Part shown: positions 53,751 to 64,000 of the stretch, piece after piece
Layout of the letters: each line of letters starts with the position of its first letter
How positions within the stretch are numbered: position 1 is the first letter of the stretch
Assembly: GCF_001194135.2 (NCBI RefSeq)
Contig: NC_068995.1
Coordinates: 19,050,028 to 19,114,027, forward strand
Source of the DNA: Octopus bimaculoides
Lineage: Eukaryota
DNA length: 64,000 nucleotides
Reading direction: 5' to 3'
Position numbers and translations under genes: made by a program
Notes under the pieces: generated by a model
Seen by the model: the letters and a program-made list of their open reading frames with translations, nothing else
The model's database searches: none
What the model was told of the DNA's origin: nothing

Positions 53751-55143
53751 CTTTTGTTCTCAGTTTTCTGTACAGTGTGTTTGCTTTCAACATTGTTTGT
53801 TCGAGTTATGATATGAGTAGATCATAAAGCGTACCAGCTTACCTTTATAATTACTTTAGCTACTGCATATATTATTTCGTTTACGGGGGTGTGGTTGTAT
53901 TGAGAGTAAACTACTTATGTGCCTAGTTGCCCTATTTTCTGTATAAAAAATTGACCAAGTATAAGGATATTTTATGTCAAATATATTTGCATCAACTAGT
54001 ATTGATCTTATCAGCATGTGGGTCGTATTTACATTCCAGAGATTCGCGTTTGTATCAGCCTGCTTTTTTACTGTTTCTTTGTTTTTTCAAATATTCGTGA
54101 ATTGTTTGTTTTCAGTCTCCGTCTATATAATTCAATCATTGATATTAGATGATGGAATCCTCTCAGCACTATGTAATATTTGTCTACATCATTCAATCCT
54201 AAAGGAATCAGCTTTGCCGGCAAAAGATAAATCAGTCAAGCAGAATGGCTGTTTGATCGGGCAATCCCTACATATCTATATATATATATATATATATNNN
54301 NNNNNNNNNNNNNNNNNNNNNNNNNNNNNNNNNNNNNNNNNNNNNNNNNNNNNNNNNNNNNNNNNNNNNNNNNNNNNNNNNNNNNNNNNNNNNNNNNNNN
54401 NNNNNNNNNNNNNNNNNNNNNNNNNNNNNNNNNNNNNNNNNNNNNNNNNNNNNNNNNNNNNNNNNNNNNNNNNNNNNNNNNNNNNNNNNNNNNNNNNNNN
54501 NNNNNNNNNNNNNNNNNNNNNNNNNNNNNNNNNNNNNNNNNNNNNNNNNNNNNNNNNNNNNNNNNNNNNNNNNNNNNNNNNNNNNNNNNNNNNNNNNNNN
54601 NNNNNNNNNNNNNNNNNNNNNNNNNNNNNNNNNNNNNNNNNNNNNNNNNNNNNNNNNNNNNNNNNNNNNNNNNNNNNNNNNNNNNNNNNNNNNNNNNNNN
54701 NNNNNNNNNNNNNNNNNNNNNNNNNNNNNNNNNNNNNNNNNNNNNNNNNNNNNNNNNNNNNNNNNNNNNNNNNNNNNNNNNNNNNNNNNNNNNNNNNNNN
54801 NNNNNNNNNNNNNNNNNNNNNNNNNNNNNNNNNNNNNNNNNNNNNNNNNNNNNNNNNNNNNNNNNNNNNNNNNNNNNNNNNNNNNNNNNNNNNNNNNNNN
54901 NNNNNNNNNNNNNNNNNNNNNNNNNNNNNNNNNNNTATGTATATATATACATGTTTATGTAAATGCACAACCACACACACTCATATATACATATGTGTGT
55001 GTGTGTGTGTATGCATGCATATATATATATAAATAAATAGATAGATAGATATACGCTCATATAAGAACGTATGTAATGAACATATGAAAACATACATGGC
55101 TATATGGATATATCTTTTCTTCTCTTTCATGTATGTATATCTA

Positions 55144-55196
<53 letters not shown>

Positions 55197-55628
55197 NNNN
55201 NNNNNNNNNNNNNNNNNNNNNNNNNNNNNNNNNNNNNNNNNNNNNNNNNNNNNNNNNNNNNNNNNNNNNNNNNNNNNNNNNNNNNNNNNNNNNNNNNNNN
55301 NNNNNNNNNNNNNNNNNNNNNNNNNNNNNNNNNNNNNNNNNNNNNNNNNNNNNNNNNNNNNNNNNNNNNNNNNNNNNNNNNNNNNNNNNNNNNNNNNNNN
55401 NNNNNNNNNNNNNNNNNNNNNNNNNNNNNNNNNNNNNNNNNNNNNNNNNNNNNNNNNNNNNNNNNNNNNNNNNNNNNNNNNNNNNNNNNNNNNNNNNNNN
55501 NNNNNNNNNNNNNNNNNNNNNNNNNNNNNNNNNNNNNNNNNNNNNNNNNNNNNNNNNNNNNNNNNNNNNNNNNNNNNNNNNNNNNNNNNNNNNNNNNNNN
55601 NNNNNNNNNNNNNNNNNNNNNNNNNNNN

Positions 55629-55720
<92 letters not shown>

Positions 55721-56094
55721 TGTAAATATATGTGCACAAAGGCACACAGACACATACACTCGCACATACATACAATACATAGTTTCTGAATTAATAATCA
55801 TTTTTACGACTATACGTTCTTGATGATTGTGTAATCTTGTGCATCGATTCAGATGATGAGTCTGTGTATGAGTCTATGTGTGTGCATCATCATACTTACG
55901 GCTATGTGCGTATGTATATGTATGTCGAAATAATTCTCTTATGTGTTTATTCATGTGCGTGTATATGTGTATTTATCTAAGACTCTTTATTTCGATGTTT
56001 CTCTGTTTATCTGTGAGCTGATAAGTATTTCCGTTTGTTATCAACTTACATTTTGTGAGCATTTTTATCCTTCAACTCCACCTCTCCACCTCCA

Positions 56095-56188
56095 CTTTTC
56101 CTCCTCCTCCTCTTCTTCCTCGGCTTCCTTTTTCTGCTTCTCAACATCATAGCAATCATCCTCACCACCATTATCGTCATCATCATCA

Positions 56189-56250
<62 letters not shown>

Positions 56251-56266
56251 GTTGTTGTTGTTGTTG

Positions 56267-56342
<76 letters not shown>

Positions 56343-56950
56343 ACCATCTTCATCACATCAGTTGATGTTGCCTATGTTGTTGTTGTTGTTGTTGCTATGT
56401 TTGTAATATTCGTTCTTGTAGTTAGTATTACTATTGTATTATTCATTAGCCTACACATTATTATTAATATCAATGTTATTATCAGTATTATATTATTATT
56501 ATCATCGTTTTATTTTTTCCCCCTTCATCTTAACATCAACATCCTTATTAATATTATCAACAGTTCTGTTGTTTAGGATGCTGGCTGTGGTTGTCTTGAT
56601 CTTCCTGCTTATCGTCATTGTTGTTGTTGCTAGAATTGTTGCTGTTGTTGTTGTCGTCGTTGTAGTCGTCGTCGTTGTTATACTTGTGATTATATTTTCT
56701 GCTTTGATGATTTGTTTGCGTGATTGAATTGCCAGAGATCAATAATAAGATAGACAGCAATGGTTATAGTTACGGTTATGGTTATGATTATAGTTATGGT
56801 TATGGTTATTCAGAGTGTACGGTTCGGTTATGGTAATGATAATGCTAATGGTAATGGCAATATTATGTGATATGGTAAAGTATAGTGCGGTGTGTGGCGT
56901 AAGGTAGTATGATGTTATGGCATGGTGTGGGCTGCGTTAAGATGTGGGGG
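56095..56950 (+). repeat. Compound/cryptic trinucleotide low-complexity tract (CAT, ATT, GTT, GTC, TATGGT)
   Basis: Directly visible. Confidence 0.9.
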
Positions 56951-59900
56951 TATTAAACAATATCACCATCGCCTTCATTGGCGTTCTTGTAATTCTTATC
57001 AGACATCATCACATATTTAGCGCGAGATATTGGCGCTGAGATAATGTTAGCCGAAATAGACAGCTCACTTGCTGGTCTTTGTTGTTTTGTGTTTCTTTAT
57101 CTTTTTGATGTGTTTATATTTGTTATATCTTTTATTTTATTTGTGCATTTATTTTGTTATGTTGTTTTTGTTTTCATCTTGTCTTGAAAAATGTCATTTC
57201 GTTGATGAAAACATAACGAATAAATACAATAAAAATCGTAACTTTACTCACAGCACCACCTTCCCAAGTTTCGTGTCTACGCGTACCAAAAGTACACAAT
57301 CACACGTACATATAGCCATGCATTAAAAGAGAAAGAAAGGCACCTACTATCAATATGTTAACAATCATCAACACCAATACATCCAATGTATTTTTCCACC
57401 TACTTAATTTACGTCGTCATCTACTCACACGAAACCTCCAGTATTGTCTATAAGTTGTTTCTCACTCTCTCTTGGTAAATGTTTATGCGTGGATAATGTG
57501 TAATTTATAACGACTTAGGTAAATTATATAATGCATAGCGGAAAAATATAACGTAACTATATACTACAGGGAATTATATCCGAAGCTTGACTGATTACTC
57601 TATCTGATGCCAATTTCATTAAAAATACACATGCAAAGGAATGTACACATGTACATATCCGTATATACAAACATTGTGCGCATATAGACGTCATTCGCAA
57701 GAGAATATGACTTAGCATCGAGTATCTTACTTTCGGTAATTGTTTTTCTTTCCCATTTAGACATTAACAGACATAAATACTCCCTTAAAACTACGCTGAC
57801 TTGACAAAACATCAAGGTCGTCAGGTATGGATGGACAAATATTGTTATCGTTTTTCAGAAGAATACACTCCAAGAACGTAAAATGAAGTTTCTCGCTGAA
57901 GGGATGCAAGGAAGAGCAATATTCGTTCTTTGTCTCACTCAACACACGCACGTATCCATATAAATGTCCATGTATACGCATGTTCACCATATATATTTTA
58001 CATACACGCACACATGTACATAGACACATCAATATATATATANNNNNNNNNNNNNNNNNNNNNNNNNNNNNNNNNNNNNNNNNNNNNNNNNNNNNNNNNN
58101 NNNNNNNNNNNNNNNNNNNNNNNNNNNNNNNNNNNNNNNNNNNNNNNNNNNNNNNNNNNNNNNNNNNNNNNNNNNNNNNNNNNNNNNNNNNNNNNNNNNN
58201 NNNNNNNNNNNNNNNNNNNNNNNNNNNNNNNNNNNNNNNNNNNNNNNNNNNNNNNNNNNNNNNNNNNNNNNNNNNNNNNNNNNNNNNNNNNNNNNNNNNN
58301 NNNNNNNNNNNNNNNNNNNNNNNNNNNNNNNNNNNNNNNNNNNNNNNNNNNNNNNNNNNNNNNNNNNNNNNNNNNNNNNNNNNNNNNNNNNNNNNNNNNN
58401 NNNNNNNNNNNNNNNNNNNNNNNNNNNNNNNNNNNNNNNNNNNNNNNNNNNNNNNNNNNNNNNNNNNNNNNNNNNNNNNNNNNNNNNNNNNNNNNNNNNN
58501 NNNNNNNNNNNNNNNNNNNNNNNNNNNNNNNNNNNNNNNNNNNNNNNNNNNNNNNNNNNNNNNNNNNNNNNNNNNNNNNNNNNNNNNNNNNNNNNNNNNN
58601 NNNNNNNNNNNNNNNNNNNNNNNNNNNNNNNNNNNNNNNNNNNNNNNATATATATTCATATATACATCATTAAATAACGAAAGGAGATAAATTGAAAAAT
58701 ATTTCAATGCAGACATGTTTATATATGTGCGTGCTTGTGGGCCAGTAAAGAATGTGTGTGCCTGTAATGAATGAAAGTTACAAAAGTTGTATAGATAAGT
58801 CGATATGCAAATGGAAACATATGTACTGTGAAACACACACACACACCACACACACACACGCACAGACACACATGTACACACACGCACACACACACATGTA
58901 CACACACGCACACGCGCATACATGTACTCACATGCACACACACACACACAAACATACACACATCGGTGACTGAATATATATTAAATCGATGAGATACGTG
59001 TGTGTGTGTGTGTGTGTTTGTACCTTCTTATATATGAATGTATGTACGCGTACGTACAGATTTGTATATATGTCTGAATCTGGTAAACGCTTCCGTTCTT
59101 TTGTGTAAATTGTGTTTTGTTGTTTCTCTGTATTTTCTATTGCCTACAGAACATGGAAGATATGTATTCAGTATTGATGAAATCATATGCTAATCAGACA
59201 GGAGAACAATAGTGCCGCAGAAACTTTGTGATGGAACTGTAAAGGGAATCTTGATAGCAGAGACAATGGCACGGATGTGTCTGTAGACGAGAATTAGTGT
59301 ATACATATACAATTAGAAATACCAGCACATATATACACTGTGCTCTATGTATGTAACTATATATGCATAATCGTGTGTTATTGTGTTTCATATATATATA
59401 TATATATATANNNNNNNNNNNNNNNNNNNNNNNNNNNNNNNNNNNNNNNNNNNNNNNNNNNNNNNNNNNNNNNNNNNNNNNNNNNNNNNNNNNNNNNNNN
59501 NNNNNNNNNNNNNNNNNNNNNNNNNNNNNNNNNNNNNNNNNNNNNNNNNNNNNNNNNNNNNNNNNNNNNNNNNNNNNNNNNNNNNNNNNNNNNNNNNNNN
59601 NNNNNNNNNNNNNNNNNNNNNNNNNNNNNNNNNNNNNNNNNNNNNNNNNNNNNNNNNNNNNNNNNNNNNNNNNNNNNNNNNNNNNNNNNNNNNNNNNNNN
59701 NNNNNNNNNNNNNNNNNNNNNNNNNNNNNNNNNNNNNNNNNNNNNNNNNNNNNNNNNNNNNNNNNNNNNNNNNNNNNNNNNNNNNNNNNNNNNNNNNNNN
59801 NNNNNNNNNNNNNNNNNNNNNNNNNNNNNNNNNNNNNNNNNNNNNNNNNNNNNNNNNNNNNNNNNNNNNNNNNNNNNNNNNNNNATATGTATATATGGTG

Positions 59901-60643
59901 TGTGTGCATATATGTGTTTTGCTTGTATAAATATATGTATACATACAACTGCATATAAATATTTATGAATATGTTTATATATGTAAACGTCTGGCTACGT
60001 CTCATCATGTACACGACTGTGTTCAAGTTTTATCAGCTTTCATTGTAGGCTTTTCGTATTTTCTTATTAGATTTTCACAGTGAGTTTTGACCAAGAAATT
60101 TCATAAATTGCTAATCGACGTATCCCGACCTTAACAGTACCTTGTAAAGAACTGATTACATTTGGTATCTTTGTTGTTTCTTATACACTGGTAGTATTCA
60201 TGGAGACTTTCCGGCAAACTGTTTTTCCCTTACGGGATCAGTTGCGTGCTGATTTTTTCTCTAGCGTCGCGCGAATTTTCGTAGGATAAGTATTCTTACT
60301 GTGCTTAACAATGAATTGTATTTCGATTTGAGTAGGGCTTTCATAATTAAATTTCCGTCAGATATATTCAAATCTAAAAATAAAAAATTGGTCTTGAAGA
60401 TGTAGAAACAGCGAATATGAATCTGGGAATGAAATATAAAGTACAGATATTAACAGCAAATCATAGAATGCCAAACGTGAAAACATGAAAAATATAACTG
60501 CAACATTGTCATGTGTGTAAGGAAACATGAATATAAAGAAAACTGTCCCTGTATATTCAAACAAAATCCAAAGATGTCCAGGAGTACGTATGTACATATA
60601 TATGATATATGTGGCCATATATATATTTTTAGCGAAATATATG

Positions 60644-60684
<41 letters not shown>

Positions 60685-60809
60685 AAACAAACTTATAAAT
60701 TTCTCTTATATTTTTGTCTTTCTTTTTAAATATATTCGTTCTGTCATACGCAGAGTACGTATGTTTGAAGCAAATGCATTGTAAAGCGTCATTGTAAGTA
60801 CCAACTAAC

Positions 60810-61036
60810 CGGTGAGAGAATCCGCTTCATAACAAAAGTGCTTAGCGGCATTTTAATGCTTAGCGGCATTTTAATGCTTAGCGGCATTTCTCTCATCTTT
60901 ACGCTCTGAGTTCAAATTTGTCTTTCATCCTTTCAGGATCAATAAAATGTGTATCACTTGAACGCTGGGGTAGGTGTAATCAACTTCCCCTCTCCTCCGA
61001 AACTGCATGTCTTGTGCGAAACTTCGAGACCAATAT
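60810..61036 (+). mobile_element. tRNA-derived SINE with internal 18-bp triplication
   Basis: tgcttagcggcattttaa x~3 (60839-60889); ctgagttcaaatt; tttcatcctttcaggatc. Confidence 0.75.
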
Positions 61037-62314
61037 TAATTATCTATAATTATCTGTACATATACCCACGTACATACGTATATGTAAATGTATAGATGCA
61101 GGTATTTGGATATGTACAACTTTTCGCCTGTTTCTCTACCTATACAACAACTCGTATATATACGTATATATAAAAAGACCCACTCTCCTTTTCGAACGAC
61201 TATGGGAAATATTCTTTGGCCAGTCGGTCGTTTTTGTTTTTCGATCCATATATCTTAGGGTCTTTTATGAAGTTCGTAATCGCGGTTTTACTGCGACTAA
61301 TCTCACTGGAAATGGCACTTTGAGAAGACCTTGATTCTAGAACTCTACAATTCTACGTCGTTCAAAACCTGTCAATATGTTTGTTTTGCTCATTGTTGTG
61401 AAATTGATAGGGAGTGACCGGAAGTTGTTGACATTGAGAAAGCTTGAACATAAATGCCAAAATTTCTATAGTTTATACCAGATTTAAACTTTTCATTTGT
61501 CATGATCTTAAATATTTGACCAAGCAAACTATTATTCGTTTTCATACAATGCGTATTTTTCGCATTAAATATTAAACATATTTTTAGATTTTCGTATATC
61601 CTTTTCTATTTGCCAATTATGAATATATAATGAAAAATAGTCGAATATCTCGGTCTGCAGGGAGTTTATTTCGGCAGTTTTTTTCACTGATCTTAAGATT
61701 TTGTGCAGCATTGTATATGTAAACGGAAAATCTGCCAATTTTCTCACTTACTCTGTAAACAGAACTGAGTATAAAACATCTATATACATACATTTGATTA
61801 CTTTAACATGCAGATGTGCTTTCACGGGGACAAAGCCTGCATTATAAATACATACGGACACACACATACACACACGCACAGACACAAGTATGTATGTGTT
61901 TATATATGTAAACGTGTATGTATATGTGTATATATGTAAATGTGCATGTAAATATATATGTATTGGTTCCTACATATGCAACACGCATAATCTATTGTCA
62001 ACTTCATGCGTTAAATCATGGGTGACTCATGTTTTGTAATTATTTCACACTATCATTCAAAATTAACCCCGAATTTCTTGTTTCAGGTTCATTTCAATTC
62101 AATTTCAGGTTCATTATTAAATATTTGCATATTTCATTGCTTACAACCACATCACCATATTTAGCACACCCACACACATACACTTACAAGATGACCATCA
62201 ATATTTACATGTTTAGACCATTTCTGTTTCTCGATGATAGTGCATGCGGTTTCAAAGGCATTTCGTTTCTTCGAAACTTAAAGAGAAATCCACTCTCTTT
62301 GCAGCCGTGTGGAT

Positions 62315-62530
62315 TTTCTTCTTCTTCTTCTTCTTCTTCTTCTTCTTCTTCTTCTTCTTCTTCTTCTTCTTCTTCTTCTTCTCCTTTTCCTCCTTCTCCT
62401 CCTCATCCTCCTCCTTCTTCTTGTTCTTGTTCTTGTTCTTCTTCTTGTTCTTCTTCTTCTTCTTCTTCCTCCTCCTCCTCCTCCTCCTCCTTCTTCTTCT
62501 TCTTCTTCTTCTTCTTCTTCTTCTTCTTCC
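62315..62530 (+). repeat. (TTC)n/(TCC)n compound microsatellite
   Basis: Directly visible. Confidence 0.95.
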
Positions 62531-62569
62531 CCTTCATTTTGTCTGCTTCCTCTTCGTCTTTCACCATCC

Positions 62570-63790
62570 ACTTCCTCGGTTGTATACGCTCGGACATCCG
62601 GGTAACACAAAACGTCGTAGCATGTAACACCTTCTTCTTGTACAACGGTGACATATACGAGCCGAGCAAATCTCAGGTCAGCCGATGGGGTCTCCCTTCT
62701 CTAACCTGGACTAATTATAAGGCTCCGTGTTTAACACCTGCTACTCAAGCGTCTTATACTTCAAATACATCGACGTTCTCCTGATGATCATCTCTTCCCT
62801 AGAGAAGGCGATTCCCATACAACAAGGTTTCAGCAACCGAGACATCCACATCAAATTCAAAATAGAAAGCCTGGACGAGTCTGGAATCCCTTCTCTGCTG
62901 GATTTCGAGGTAAAGACCACGAAGGAGTGTCCCATCTATTCTAACTTTTACAGGAAACTGCTCGTACACAGAGAGTCAGCCCTTCCCACCAGAGCCAAAG
63001 CCACACACATGGAAACTGTAATCACCCGCATAAAGGACAGCTGCAGTGAAACAACTGACACGTCTATCAACACGAAGCAGTTTCTCAAGAACTTAGCACA
63101 CCACGGCTATTCGCCCTCGTTAGCCAAATGATTGCATTAATAAAACATGGAAGTGGGTAAACCACCTAAGAAAGCCCATAATCCCAAATCGGGAAGTGTT
63201 TCTTAAACTTATCTATTTCAACGACAGCACAACTTCAGCTATTCAATATGCAACCTCCGGAGAGGGACTCAGATGTTGCACACCGGTCCATCCCTGATGA
63301 ACTTTCTGTCTAACCAGTTGCCCCATCAACGATGTCAAAACATGCTTGAGGGACAATGTGGAGTACGAATTAATCTACAGTAAACGTGGAGCATCCCACA
63401 CAGGGAGCACCCTCCGTATAAAAGAAAAAATGTATGCAGACACTTCAGTAAAGAACCACCTAAAGAAGTGCCAAACCTAAGATTTTAAAGTATCCATCAA
63501 GTCCATCCAACGCAGCGGGGACAATCTCAGACTCATGATGGCCCTTCCTATAAACAAATTGAGACCAGCCAATGACAGAGGGAAGCAACTACATGAAGCA
63601 GACTGGTTGCGATAGCAACACCAATCTAAGCAGGTCACCTACCTCTTTCCTTTCCCACATATCAGAGCAACGACTTTTCCAACCTTCCTCTTTTCCAAAT
63701 GCACTAAAGCTGAGGTCATAACCCCGAAATGTAGAAATACAAAGTAAAACTCCAACGTTGTTTTGTTTTCTTTTTCTTATACGTTTGTAG
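62570..63790 (+). mobile_element. 5'-truncated Penelope-like element fossil (RT + GIY-YIG)
   Basis: NTFFLYNGDIY, GQPMGSPFS, YFKYIDV (YVDD motif), IKFKIE..GIPSLLDF..FYRK..HHGYSP, and NVEYELIYSKRGASHTGST (GIY-YIG). Decayed hammerhead-like ctaaagc..gaaatgtagaaataca at ~63704-63741. Confidence 0.88.
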
Positions 63791-64000
63791 TTTACTTTGC
63801 ACCTTCTAGCATTGTTCTGGTCATACACAACAAACCCCTTTAAAATTATGCCACACAATACTTCACCGTATGTATTTCATATATATGGAAATAAAAAGTG
63901 TATTCCCACATAGGTAAAATATTGGAGATTATGTTTTGGGGGTTTGAAAATGCACCTCAATCACAAAAGTTCTAGTCGTTTTTTAAACTTTGTAATAGAA

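Noticed and set aside
57761-57824. Exon-like segment with excellent acceptor and CAG|gtatgg donor
   Set aside because: Stops in all frames from both acceptors; it could only be non-coding, and there is no other support.
316-60026. Dozens of long ORFs in the track containing X runs or [12 protein letters not shown]/poly-I/L/N/E/F tracts
   Set aside because: They are artefacts of N gaps and of di- and trinucleotide microsatellites that lack stop codons.

Overview
AT-rich eukaryotic (animal) genomic DNA. It is saturated with (TA)n/(CA)n/(ATT)n/(GAA)n/(TAGA)n microsatellites and broken by many N gaps that sit at those microsatellites. The SINE families and repeat density match my recollection of octopus (coleoid cephalopod) genomes; this is inference, not a database result. 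No intact host protein-coding gene could be supported, and nearly all ORFs in the supplied track are microsatellite or N-gap artefacts. The recognisable content is transposon-derived: a decayed piggyBac nested inside a Tigger/pogo element, a foldback mariner built from two inverted 5' halves, an inverted MITE dimer, a 5'-truncated Dong/R4-type LINE sitting in a (TAA)n array, an ORF1-only zinc-knuckle retroelement, several Penelope-like (RT + GIY-YIG) fossils, an RTE 3' remnant and about a dozen tRNA-derived SINEs. The most notable structure is a back-to-back inverted pair of type-I hammerhead-ribozyme motifs at about 2.65-2.82 kb. A few isolated exon-like segments remain unassigned.
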